Origin: an uncultured virus (IMG/VR IMGVR_UViG_3300025889_000102)
Lineage: Duplodnaviria > Heunggongvirae > Uroviricota > Caudoviricetes
Virus record (IMG/VR): IMGVR_UViG_3300025889_000102
Strand: one strand, 5' to 3'
DNA length: 64,000 bases
The translations under genes and the position numbers were made by a program. Of the stretch, positions 39,101 to 54,100 are shown in pieces (the stretch's first letter is position 1; the number at the start of each line of letters is the position of its first letter). The notes under the pieces are model-generated. The model was not told the DNA's origin, did not search any database, and saw nothing but the letters and a program-made list of their open reading frames with translations.

Positions 39101-42100
39101 AGTTTCGACGTATCTTTAAATTCTGATACGTTCGATTATGTTTCTACTGGTTCTCCGGTAACGCTAAAAATTAATTCAGGATTTGTTCATGATTACGAAT
39201 CTAGAACAGAGTACAATAGAGAATTAGGTTGGAAGAAAGCAATCGCTAAAAGCGCACAATATCAAGTATTTGAATTTAATTATGTCCCAGATCAAGGTAC
39301 TAACACTTATACATGTGATATCAAAGCAATTGAAGAAGATCCAGATGTACCACACTGGCCTTCAGTAAAATTATTTGTCAACAATAGTTTGCAGTTTCCT
39401 GCTAATTACACATACACTACTACAGAAGATACAACAACCATACATTTTGACTATAATGGTTTAGAAGAAACTAAGATTCAAGTACTAGTTTTGAGCGATC
39501 AAGTAAGTCAAGTAGGTTATTATGATTTACCTGTAAATCTAACCAATAATCCTTTCAACGACGATCTAGAAGTTATAAACATAGGTGATATTAGAAGACA
39601 GTATGCTAACATAGTTGCTAACTATCAGAAAAATATTGATGTTATATTTGGTCCAAATAGTTTTAGAGATCAAGGAAATCTAGTTCCTTACAATAACATT
39701 GTTATACAAAATAGCGCATCTTTAGTACTACCTTCAGTATTTCTCAGAAAGAGAAATCATGATTTGTTTAATTCTATTTTGTATAACAGCAGAGAGTATG
39801 TAAAGTTTAAGAATCTATTATTAGATACAGTAGACAAAACAGATTTTGCACAGAACTACGATCCATCGTATGTTCTAGATACTGCTATTGACATTATTTC
39901 TAGTTCACGTTCTCAAGAGCAACCTTTCTTCTGGAGCGACATGATACCATCACAGTCGCCATACTTGACTAATACTTATAACTTTAAAAACTCATTAGAT
40001 GCTACTATATTTCCACTTGTTAAAGTATATGATTTTAGCAAAGCAAATTACAGCAGCGTATTGCTCTACTTACTAAGAAATGGTTTCACTTACCAATTAG
40101 TAAGAGATCAAGATTACACTATAAGTACCGATGCTCCTTCAGTAATAGTAAATGTAGGATTACAAGAAGGAGATCAGATAATTGTTAGAGAGTACAATCA
40201 GACTTATGGCAGTTATGTCCCAAATACACCAACTAAGTTAGGAATATATCCTGCATACAAACCAGAAGTAGTATTAGATGAACATTACATTGACCCCACT
40301 TGGTTCATAAAAGGTCACGATGGTTCATATAATAGATTGTATGGAGACTATGATCAAGTTAATAACGTGTTAGTAGACTTCAGAGATCAAGTATTGTTTG
40401 AGTTTGAGATGCGAGTATACAACAATCTCAAATTATCTACAGTACCTCCTATAATGCCTTATGATGTATTACCCGGATTCTTTAGACAAGAAACTGCGAA
40501 AGATTATGCTAAATTTTTAGAATCATATAGCACTCAATTCTTGTCTTGGATAGGTGAGAATAGATTAGATTATCAACGTCAGTATTATCAAATTAATGAG
40601 CCACTAACTTATAATTATAGGGGTAATACTAACAAGATAGATCAGCAACCTATACCAATGGGTTATTGGAGAGGTATTTACAATTACTTCTATGATACAT
40701 ATAATCCAGACACTACACCTTGGGAAATGATTGGACTAACCCAGAAACCAGATTGGTGGGAAGATAGATACGGAGTAGCCCCATATACTAGCGACAACTT
40801 AGTGCTATGGAATGATCTAGCCAATGGTATTAATTGGAATAATGGCGACCCTATAGTAATAGAAAAATTAAAAAGACCCGGGTTATTAGACATTATTCCT
40901 GTAGATGAACAGGGTAACTTAAAAGAACCAATACAAACTTTAATCTCTTTCTACAATTCTAACACAGTACAAAGAGAATGGCAAGTAGGAGATATAGGAC
41001 CTGTAGAATTCTCATATCGTAGAAGTTCTACTTGGCCGTTTGATGTTACTAGATTATATGCTTTATCAAAGCCAGCAGACTTTTATAACTTGTTTGTTGA
41101 TCTAGACAACTACCGCTGGAGCGAAGAGTTTCAGCAGTACTTAGTAGATAATAGATCACATCTAAGACCAGAAGATTTAGAAATATATGGTAACGGTACT
41201 GCAAAAACAAGTTACATTAATTGGATCATTGACTTTGAGAAACAGTTAGGTGTTGATGCTCAGGCTAACATTCAAACTATGCTAGACAATCTAGACATAA
41301 GATTGATACATCGTTTAGCAGGCTTTAGCGACAAGACTCAATTAAAATATTATGTAGAAAAAGGAACACCTAACAACTTAAATTCATCGTTGTTAATTCC
41401 AGATGAGAGTTTCGCTTTACTGTTATATGATAATCAACCTTCTGATAAAATAGAATATACATCTGTCATTGTACAGATAGTAGCAGATGGTTATCAGATA
41501 TACGGTAACTCGCAGACTAAAGCATATTTCACGACTTTAAAGCCACTAGCAAATAGTGATCAAATAGAAATTACAGTAGAGAATCAAAAAGTAACAGTAC
41601 AAGTAGATCCTTCTGAAGTTGAAGTAGTTGTACCATATGGTAAATTATTTTACACTGTGCAAGAGTTGTCTCAATTCTTGATAAATTACGGTAATTTATT
41701 AACTAAGAGAGGACTTGTGTTCAATCAGATTGAAGATGGTAAACCAATCGATTGGCAGTATATGGTAGAGCAGTTCTTATATTGGGCACAAACTGGTTGG
41801 GATGCAGGATCAATCACTACATTAAATCCAGCAGCCAACATATTATTCATCAACAAAGAATCTTTGATTCCGCAACCAATGACGTTGAGAGAAACGAACT
41901 TTATACTAAATCAAAACTTATATCCTATCTCAACTAATGATCTTTGCATAGTACGTGATGGAACAGCGTTTAGTGCTTCTTGTTACAACAAGGGTGATGC
42001 TATGTCTTTAGCACAGTTTGAGATGTCAAATTTTGAACACGGTGTTGTTTTTGATAACGTTACTATATTTGACGATGTTCTTTACAATAGAATAACAGGT

Positions 42101-45100
42101 CTAAGACAAAACAGAGTATCACTAAATGGAACTAAGACCGCAGACTGGGACGGAACAGTATTTGCTTCTGGTTTCATATACAATCAAGACAACATAAAAG
42201 AATGGAGTAGATACGAGAAGTACACTAAGGGAGCCATAGTCAAATATAAGAACAAGTACTGGACATCACTACAAATGGTGCAGCCTAGTGATACATTCTT
42301 AGAGAGACAATGGAAGATAACTGAATACAACGAAATACAAAAAGGATTATTGCCAAACCCAAGCACTAGGTCTTTTGAGAGTTCATTATATTATAATTCA
42401 TATGAATCCAATCTTGAACAAGATGGTAATCTATTAGGCTTCTCGCTAATAGGATTTAGACCAAGAGAATACTTAGAAGTTGCTGATCTTACAGACGTTA
42501 CTCAGATCAACGTATTCAAAACTATGTTGCAGGGTAAAGGAACTAATAGTGCTGCTTCTATATTCAAGGGAGCAGAATTACCTCAAGGAAAAATAGATTA
42601 CAATATCTACGAAAACTGGGCTGTCAAGACTAGTGAATACGGCGGCGTACTCAATGAGAATTTTGTAGAGTTTAGACTAAACGAAGATTTACTAACAGGC
42701 AATCCAGCAACTGTAGCATTAACTAATGGTGTACATACACCTGACATGCAGCAGTATGTGCCGATGTACAGTTTATACAATTATGCTAGACCTCCCCAAG
42801 GCCCAGATATTTTATCAGTAACAGATTATACCGCACCTAAATTATATCCTGATGCAGGTTATGTAAATTTTGAAGATGTTAAGATGTCTGCTTTCTTCTT
42901 CTCTCAAATGTCGATTGCTGTAAACACATCAGGTGAAGTAGTTCCAGTATCGAATTTTTATGTTAGAGACTATGCTTGGTTAGCAGATTATCGCAACAAG
43001 TGGCAAGTGTTCACACCAAAATCTATTGGTCAAGTATCAGTAGTGAAGTCAAATGTGAATGGAACTTCTACTGTATCATTTGTAGAACCACATAACCTAT
43101 CTGTAAATGAACCGTTTGTTATCGTTAACTTCGATAGTTCAGTTAATGGTTACTATTATGTACAAAAGATATTAGATCAATTCCGCGTAATCATTAACTT
43201 AAATCTACGTTCTACTACTAGAGAAATTACAGGATTAGGAGTCGCATTAAAGTTAACATCACAACGAGTTGACAAGCCATCTGACATCATTAATTTACCT
43301 TTACTAGACAGCGAATTTATTAAGAACACAGTATGGGTAGATGAGAACGGAGATGGTGGTTGGGGAGTTTACAGAAAGTCTATAAACTATCAATATGAAT
43401 TAGAAATGACCAAAGAATCCAGTGGAGCATATGGTTCTGCTGTGGCTACTAATGAAATTTTAGGAATAATGACTACAGACTCACAATTAGGTGAAGCATA
43501 TAGATATGTTTATAGTCCGCTATTTAAGAATTATAGATTAGTACAGACATTATCACAAGGTGCAGGATTTGGTACTAGCATTGCTCACAAAGATAATCTA
43601 ATCTTTATATCAAAACCTGACACCGGAATATATTCTTACATCATTAACGATTCACAACTTGATGATAGCATGATACCTTATCAAGCAGTTATAACTAACC
43701 CCAGTGGAGTTACTAACTTTGGTACGTCAATGGCTGTGTCAGGTGATAAGAAATGGTTATATGTTTCTGATTATGAAAACAATGAAGTCTATGTGTATAG
43801 TCAACAGTCAATTGACTTTGATGCAGGTTATTTAACTGTAGGTGAAACTTACGAGATAACTGAATTAGGTGATACTGACTTCACGTTATTAGGCGCAGTA
43901 GAAAATAAAGTGGGTATCGTTTTTGTTGCTACAGGCGCAGGTACTGGTACTGGTAAGACTAAACAAGTTACTTACAAACTATCAACTTCTATAACAATAT
44001 CTTTACCAGACGGTGACGAGAAATTTGGTTATTCAATCGCTACTGATTACAACGGTGACACATTAGTAGTAGGTGCTCCCGAACTAGATTCTGATGATAA
44101 CTTATTAGAAAAAGTAGGTAAAGCCTACGTATATCAAAGAAGTTGGCAGCACTTTGAAGCCCAATTTAATCTACCAGTTCAATCGTTCCCTATATCATGG
44201 ACACCAGATACTACTAATTATACACCAGTATCTGTAACAAGTAGCGAGATAGAGATCGGCGACAATATAGATGCAGACACCGCAGTAATATTCACTGGCG
44301 GTACATATGGTGATACTAGAATCGAACCAAACAAAGTTTACTATGTTTATGATAATCCTACAGCAACAACTATAAGATTAAAAGAATCTAGAAGCAGCGC
44401 AACTTTCTTGACTTTCGAAGATGGTTCTATCACTAGCGGAACACTAACTTCTCAAGACTCTCCGTTACACGTATATGTAAACGGAAGACTAGTCAATGAT
44501 AACAATTACGCGGTAGTAGGAACTAATTTTATATACACAAGTTCGTTGAGAGCAGGTGACATAATTCAAGTCAACGACAACAAATTCTATCTCATTCAAA
44601 CACTAACTACTGGAGATCCAGAAAGGATAGGCGTACAATTTGGTCATAGCGTAGACGTAACTAAATGGGCTTCTGAGATATTAGTAGGTGCTCCATTCGC
44701 ATTAACAAGCACTAACCAAGAAGGAGCAGTTCACAGATATACTAACGGTGGCGGTAAGTATGGCATGGTAGTAGGAACTGCACCTGCTCAAATGACTAAC
44801 ACAAGAACTGTGTTGATCAATGGTTATGCTATTACTTTACCTAATAACTATACTGCTGATCAGATAGCAAATCTTATCAATACTACTCACGTAACTAATG
44901 TTCATGCAATGGCAACTAGTGATGGAAAATTAATTATTGAATTGATTGACAAGAACTTATCTATACCTAATGAAAAATTATTGATAACAGGTTATAGCGA
45001 AGACTTGTTTGCTGATCTTGGGTTTGATGTTTATACTCAAACACAAAAAGTATTATGCCCACATACTACAGGTAGAACTCAATTTGGTTACACAGTTAAA

Positions 45101-48100
45101 TTTAATGAGTTTGATTCGTTCGTAGTAAGTGCGCCAACTGGCACTAGATATTCAAGTGTAACATTTGATTTTACTGACGATGAAAAATTAGACAACGACA
45201 CTATTTTTGATAACAACGCAACTACTTGGTTAGATGGATTTACTAACGCGGGTGCTGTGTACATGTTTGATTATTTGTCTAACTTTAACGAGAACCTAAA
45301 TAACGTAGGTAAGTTCATATATGCTCAAAGTGTGAACTCAAGAGACTTGTCATATGGAGAGCAACCTTTATATGGCAGAATGTTAGACTTCAGAAATAAT
45401 AAAGTTATAATAGGTACACCTAACTTCCAAATCAACAGTATGCTTGGTTGTGAAACAGTAGCGGGCGATATAGGTCAAGTTACTGTTTATAATAATAGTT
45501 CAGGAGTAAAAGATTGGAGTCTACACAGGAAATCTTCTCCTATCGTCAACATCGACAAAATACAGAATGCACAGATTTTCAGCGCAGCAACTAACGAAAC
45601 TGAAATTAATTTAGACTATATAGATCCATTGCAAGGAAAGATATTAGGTGCAGCAAGACAGAATATTGACTATGTATCAAATATAGATCCTGCAGGATAT
45701 AACAACACAGAAGCAAATCAATTTGGTAAACTATGGGGAGGAGATCACGTAGGTCAAATATGGTTTGATACTACTAATGTAAGATTTGTTAACTACCATC
45801 AAAATGATTCTGCTTATAACGCTAAGTACTGGGGCACAGTATTTCCAGGTAGCGATGTAGCAGTTTATACGTGGATAGCATCAAATATTCCTCCACTAAA
45901 CTATAATGGTCCAGGAACACCATATGATAGAACTAAGTATGTGATTGGTACTAAAGTAGACGCTGCCGATAATATCGTTCCAGTATACTACTTCTGGGCT
46001 AGAAATACAAACTTAATTGATTCTAATATAGGTAAAACATTAGCAGACTCAATTATAGCAGCATACATCAATTCACCAAAACGGTCTGGAATAAGTTATT
46101 TCGCTCCGCTCTTACCAAACGCTTTCGCTTTATATAATTGTGGCGAATATCTAAATGCTAGAGACAGCGTGTTTCACGTAGGATATTCAATCACAGGTGT
46201 AGATGATCCAAGTCATAGTGAATTTACTCTAATTAGACAAAATTATGCTAGTGACTTCTTGCCAGGCTTGCCCGGTGTTGGTAACATAACTAGACCAGAA
46301 TCTTTATATGACAGAATGTTAGACAGTTTGTCTGGCGTAGATGAATTTGGTGATGTAGTACCCAACCCGTATCTACCTAAATCTGTACAGTCAGGTGTTT
46401 CGGTACGTCCTAGACAGTCATTCTTTTACAATCGATATGAAGCACTAAGAAATTATTTAACTTTTGCTAATGAAGTGTTGAAGCAGTATCCGATATCGGA
46501 AGTAAGACCATTATCAGACTTCTTATATAAAGAAAATGATCCTATATATGATGAAGAAGGAAACGTATTATTTGATAAGGGCGAATACTACTACACACCT
46601 GAATACTGGGAGTTCATAAACTGGTGGGCACCGGGTTATAACAATAACACTAAAGCAGCAGTACAAGTAAATGTTTATGCTGACTTAGCAAAACTAAATG
46701 TACCAGTAAGCACTATATGTAAAGTACTAACTAACGGTGAAGGTAAGCAAGAAACTTATCGTTATGATGGTAATGGTATCTTTACTAGAATAGGTTTAGA
46801 AGGCGGTACTATTCAGTTCAAGATATATTTGTGGGATTACGCAGAAGCAAGATTAGGATTTGGTGATAACTTCTTTGATACTACTGTATATGATTTATAT
46901 CCTAGCGAAGAAACTAGATGGATCATCAGAGCATTAAATGAGCAACTTTTAATAGATGATTTATTAGTATATCGTAACAAAGGACTTGTATTGTTGTTTG
47001 AATATGTTGAATCAGAAACTACTGAATCTCAGAACTTCTTACCTTGGTTATCAAAAACTTCATTGGTTGATGTATATCATAATGTAAGAAGTCTAGAACC
47101 TATCTCTGTATTTCAATCAGACAACTCTGAATTCTTGACTGGTTACATTAATGAAGTTAAACCTTATCACGTAGTAATAAAAGAATTCTTGTTTGTCTAT
47201 GATGCACTAGATGTATTTGAGGGTAATATTACTGACTTTGATTTACCAGCAAAATATAATTCTACAGTAGATGAGTTTATAACACCTGCTCTAGTTAAGG
47301 ACAAAATTAACTTAAACGCATACAATGAATATACATATGGTGATCCTATATGGTCTCAACCTGAATATACTGAATGGTATAACAACAGGGGAGTTTCATT
47401 AACTGGTCAGGTAGATTACTACATGACTAAACTAGTTTCATATGTTACTCTAGTTTCTCCTTCTATAGTAGTAGACAATGCTTCAGGATTCCCATCTAAT
47501 GGCGTATTCAAGATGGGTAATGAAATAATAGGTTATGCTAACGTTGATCGTAATCTTAACATTTTGTCAGGCTTGACTAGGGGACTAGAAGGTACAGAAG
47601 TAACAGATCACATTCCCGGTGAACTAATTTACATGGATCTTCCTCCAGTACTATTGCTTGACACAGGAAGATCATACGATAACCCTCCTAAAGTTACTGC
47701 TTATGTTGACACTAATTTATGGGGCGAACCTGAAGAAGAAGCAGAACTAGAAGCGATCATGGCTGCTGATTCTGTCTTACAGATCAAAGTAATAAATCCA
47801 GGTAAAGGATATCCTGTATTACCTGAAATATTAATTGATCCATCTATCATTACAGTATTTTCTAGCGAAAATATAAATGAAAATTCTAATACATTAATCA
47901 TATATTCACCAGCACTATCAACTGGTGACTTAGTAAGATATAAAGCAGCAGGTAATGGTACTAACATAGGTGGTTTACAAGATGGACAATGGTACTATAT
48001 AAATGTTCTAGAAACAGTACCAACCGGTATTATAGCATTCTATAGCAGTTATGGAGACGCAGTAAATGATCATGAACGTATACCTCTAACAGTATTAGGA

Positions 48101-51100
48101 TTTGGGGATGATCATACATTGAATCTGGGTGCCAAAGCATCAGCAATATCTACTGCCTTCCCAGTTAGACAGAACATTGAAACATTGAGATTTGACAGAA
48201 CCACATATGACTCACAAGTCATTGACTGGGAAGCAGGTGCATTCTATGGAGCCTTCTTTGCTGGTGCGTACACTAACAGAGAAGATGTAGCGAGTTCTTC
48301 GATACTAATTGACAGCGAAGATCCGCCGATAGAACTAATAACAGCAGCAGCACAGGGTGTAGTATTAGAAATAAGTGATGTACGAAACAATAGAGAAATT
48401 CTCTGGTCTTCATTTGAAAGAAATGTATCCAGTGTGATAAGTCCTGATACTATACGATTGACGTTTAATTCTTCTATGCCAAATGCTTCAGGATCTACTG
48501 TAGGTTTTGAAGTAGGTATGCCCATAAAGTTTGTAGGGGCTACAGGAACATCTGGTTTAGTAAACAATGAAACATATTACATAGCCGAAATAGTAAACGA
48601 CAGCGACTTCAAGATATCTGAAACTCAGTTTGGTACTGTAATGACTCTTGCTTCACTAACAGTAAGTTCAGCAGGTCTCAAAGCATATACAGCGCAGATA
48701 ATTGACAAGGCTGTACTAACTGTAAATTATCCTGGTATCAGACAAGTAACATCAACACAAGCAAACACTAATTTTATTACTGCACCTATCAGTTTAACAG
48801 GCAGCAATGGAACTACAGGTTTATATGTTGATGTTCCAGTATTCTTTACAGGACAAACATTTGGTGGACTAGTAGAGAACGAAGTATATTATATTACTAC
48901 TGTTATAGATAATGAAAGATTTACTATAGGTAAGAAAACTAAACCTGTAATGACTGACATTACTGAAACAGTTGCTGCAACTGATACTATCGTAGTTGAT
49001 AGCACAGAAGGGTTCTCAGTTAATGACAGAATTATATTTACAGGAGAAACATTTGGTGGTATCGAAGCAGGTGTAGAGTATTGGATACTAGAAATTGTTA
49101 GCGATACAGAGATGAAGATAAGCATTGAAGGTCCAAACCTTGCTCCTTTGAGTCTGTTTAACGCAACAGGTAGAACACCTGTAATTAATCAGAAAGATAC
49201 TTTAAGATTAACTAATGCTACGGGTGACATTACTATGCACGTAAACTTGCCAGTAAGTCCTGGTCAAGTAACGGGTCAGTTGTTTAATTTATACAATACT
49301 TCAGATCATTACCCAAGCGTCTTATCAGCAGCATTTGACAATTTAGTAGAAAAAGACATTACTGCTACAATTGCTGGTGTAAACAGACTTACTATAGCAA
49401 ATTATTCTGGTATAGATTTCTTGTACACAAATTTCCCATTCAGAGTGCCAACAACAGGTGGTGGACTAGTAGCAAATATTGTTTACTACATTAAAGATAT
49501 AGGTGTTACTGAAATTATCTGCGAACAAACATCTAGCAGCGGTAATTTAATTACTTGTGATGATACTTCAGTACTGTACGCAGGAATGGAAATTACATTC
49601 TCAGGTACAGGACTAGGTGGTATCACAGTAGGCAGAGTTTACTACGTTAAAACTATAGTGAACAGCACACAATTTACTATTAGCGATAATCCAGGTGGAG
49701 CCGCTGTTACTTTAACAACCGAACCCGGAATAATGTTAGGTACTGGTGAATACTGGATAACTGCAAGTTCTACAGTAGGTGGAGCAGAACTAACACTAAC
49801 TAGTACTATTGGTGGAACTACTCTATATCAAACACCTTTGGTAGCACCAACATTTGATGTGAGTTATATAATAGGCGGCTACAGAGTATATCCAATCAAT
49901 GTAGGAAAAGGATTTGCTTTAGACAATACTATCACTATTCCTGGCAACTTGATAGGTGGAAGTAAGCCTGCTAATAATTTAACACTTACTATAACTGAAA
50001 TAGATGAATTTGGTGGAATAGTAAACGTTATATGCGACGGCACACCAGCCGGCATAGTAAAACAATACTATCTAAAAGTAATAGGTCCATATGAAGTTGA
50101 AGTATATGAAGATTCGCTACTACAGATTCCAGTTAGCGGTGTAGGATTTGATTACGTTGGATATACATCTACTGATGTATTGTCTGTAGAATCATCATCT
50201 ATATTTGGTTTTGATGAAAGTGTTAGCGCAGGTTCGTTCTTAGTAGGTGAAGAGTATACTATCTTATCTATTGGAGATACAGACTTTGCAGCAGCAGGAT
50301 CTACATTGGTAACAATGGGTAGTTTTGTTCCCGGAACTTTATATACAGTAAAAACTAATGATGCAGCGTTTGATGCTATAGGAGCAGGATCTACATTTAC
50401 TGGTTCGATAGCACCAGGAACTGGTTCATTATCAGGATATGGCGTATTAACAATTACTGACGTTCTAACACCTACTGTTGCAGCAACTAATTTGATAGAA
50501 GGTCAGACATACACTATAGAATCTTTAGGAACTACTGACTTTACACTAGTAGGAGCACCTTATAATGACGTAGGAGTATCTTTTGCAGCCACTGCTACAG
50601 GTACTGGTACAGGAACAGGCACCGTAACTACAACTACTGTAAGACTCAATCAAGAACTTTCAGGATCCGGGGTAACATCTGGTACTAAGATAATTGGATA
50701 CTTGACTGGAGACGGTAATACAGGTACTTACTTAGTAGATATATCACAAACAGTATCTAGCACAACTATTACAGCATCTTCTCAACAGGATGTGACATTT
50801 GTCGCGCTTGGTGCAGGTGTAGGTATTTCTGGTGATGCATATGTATCTAGTTTTACTGCTACTACAGTAGGAGCAGGAACAGGTACAGCACTAGCAGGTT
50901 ACGACACTCAATTGTTTGATTTGACACTAACTGGTATAGTTATAGACGATGTTAGTCTGTTCAACAACTATGATGCTGTAGTCTTTACTGGTGATGTAGT
51001 GGGAGACATTGTAGCAGGAGAAACTTACTACATAATTAACATATCAGGTAATAGAATTATAATTAGTGATACACCGCAAGGATCACAGTTCAACGTAAAT

Positions 51101-54100
51101 TACACAGGTTCTACTCCTGACATGTATATAAGTAAAGTAGGTTCTTATGCGTTCTTACCTGAACCGTTCTACTTCAATCAGAGCATTGTAAGATTTAGAA
51201 ACAGAGTTTATGTTTGCGTAGTGTCAAATAATGACAATGAATTTATATATGGTAAGTGGGAAGAATTACGCCCAGAAGATAGGAGATTGAATGGATTAGA
51301 TCGTGTCATAGGTTATTACAGACCAACTGATAACATGCCTGGTTTAGACTTGACTCAAGTAGTATCAGGAATAACTTATCCAAACAGCATATATTCAGGA
51401 AATCCATTCCAGCCAAGTCTACAGTATGGTATAGATGTCTTATTACAAGATCAAAAATTCCAACCAGAAGATGTAGATTTCGTAGCGATAACTTGGGACG
51501 GCAGCAATTATTATGCACCCGCTAACTTACCACTCAATACTTCTATAGCAACTGATACTAATCAGTTTGGCTGGGACTTAGTTAAGTTCTCTAACAATCC
51601 TCTGTCAATAACAGATTTGAAGTATGTTGGTAACTATTACATAATGACTTCTAGCAATTCTGCGACAGCAATAATCAAGAGCGCAGACAGACAAGCATGG
51701 ACTACTAGGGGTTATTACACAAATACTGACTACGATTGGAATTCTACACAGACATTTAATATGAAGACTTTAAGTTCTGCTGGTCTTTCATTAAATTCTG
51801 TTACTTATCGTGATGGTTTATATATCGCAGTAGGCAGCGAGATCGTAGCAAGTAGAGATGCTTATATATGGAGAAGAGTATATCAGCCGCCCTCAGGCAG
51901 AAACTATGTATTGAATTATATAGATAACATCGAAGTGCCTGGCTTCTCGGGTTTAGTTGCTGTAGGTAAAGGATTAAGACCTGATTATACTACAGGCATA
52001 ACTCTATCAGTAGATACTAACGTAATCTTAACTAGCACCGATGGTGGATATTCTTGGCAAGAAGGAGCGCAGTTCACAAATAAGGGATTCTACACAGTTT
52101 GTGCGGACGAAAACAACATCTTAATCATGGGTGAAGATGGTGCTATCTACATGAGCGCAGACGGAATAAATTGGAATGGTATAACAGAAACTAACGTGAT
52201 CAGTACTAATACTTTCTTGAATACTGTAACAGTTGGTAATACATCAGGATTACAAGTTGGTGATAGAGTAAGATTCTCATCAGCATTTGATGTTATTACC
52301 ACAGAAACTGATTATTACATTTATAGTTTATATTCATCAGTACAAGTTATATTATCTACTGATCCAGGTTTAGGCTCGACTATAACTTTAGATGGTTCTA
52401 ATCCAATCAACGGGCAGACTTTAATGTTCAAGTACCCAATGCTATCTACTATCAGAAGATCATATTATGGTGGTGGTGTAGATATGTTAGGTCTAGACAA
52501 CTATCCATCCGATTGGGTAATGTCTACTGAGACTGAAACTCCAATCACTGACGAAGATGCGATACACATGGGAGTTGGTGAGAACGGATTAATAATCACT
52601 TCTGCTGATGGCTATTTCTGGCAAGAAGAAACTTCAGGCACTACTGAAACTCTAAGAGACATCATATTTGTTAATGGCTTGTACACAGTAGTAGGTCACA
52701 ATAACACGATATTGCGTAGCAATGATCAAATCAATTGGACCATATATAACTATCTAGGTCAAGCAGAACCTATATATGACGTAGTGGGCGATGAGTTCAC
52801 GGCAGGCTATGCACCTGAAGAATTAGTAGCGGGAGTAGTCAATGACAATATTACGCTAACGGTTAACACTAGACCCGGCAGCAACTGGCTTGTAACCGAA
52901 TATGCAGGTGTAGGATATAACGTACACTCAACAGTATTAACTCCTGTGTCAGATACTCAAACTGAATATAGTTTCTATGATCTAGTACAGAACCCAATGC
53001 AAGTAGCAGCATTTATTATCGATCCAGTAACTAAGTTAAGCACTTCAATATATGAAGGTATAGACTATACAGTAGATTGGATAAACGATAAGATCATACT
53101 TAATAATCCTCTAGCATTTGGTCTAGAACCAGAAACACTAAGAATAGATGTGTATGAAGTAGGTAATGGAGATCAGTTAGTAAAAGCAAGCACTAGAACA
53201 GATCCATTACGTTACAATGACGAAACAGGCTTTAGTGAAATTTATCTGAACTGTAATTATAGTGCACCTATATCTCTAGGCAGTGGTGTGATCAGACCTG
53301 ATTCATCTCCTGTTTATGTAACTGCTACTGAAACTATAGCATTAACTAATTCTATCGTAGTAGAAGACATAACTAAATTTGTTGAAAATGGTCAGATATC
53401 ATTTACAGGCTTTACTATTGGTGGATTGCTAGAAGATACTCCATACTTTGTCAAGACAGTTAGTTACGCTACTAGTAGTATAACTATATCTGATACCCTA
53501 ACTCCATCTGCTGTAGCAGGTGACACCGTTACTGTTACTGATGAGTCTGGGTTAATGACTACTGTTATCAATCCCGGTCAAGGAGAAGTATGGACTGATC
53601 CTGTTGTTTATCACAATGGTACGAAACTATTGTTAGGAAAAACTAGCAGAGCAGTAAGAACTAGTTCAGCAACTAATACTGTTACAGTACTTACTACAGG
53701 TGGAATATCAGCCGGGGACACTATTACTTTCTGTATGTGCATGTTTGGAACTGCGATACAGCCTAATACATTATATACTGTTCTAAGCATAGTAGATTCT
53801 AATGAGTTAACATTAGAAGATCCAGATAATCCAGGTAACCCACTACCACTAGATGATGCTACTGGCGGCTCTATGTTTGTGACTAGAGATTATGCTATCG
53901 GTCTAGCACCAAATGACATCAATGCGAAATTGATCTTTAATACTGTTCACTATTATGAAACAGATTATATCGCTTATACATTGTTTGGTGAAACAGTTCC
54001 TCAACAATATTCTTACACATTACCTGAAACTGAATTGTTTACTGGAAATGGTATAGAAACAGAATTTAATCTAAGCAATTTTGTTGGAGGAGATAACCCA

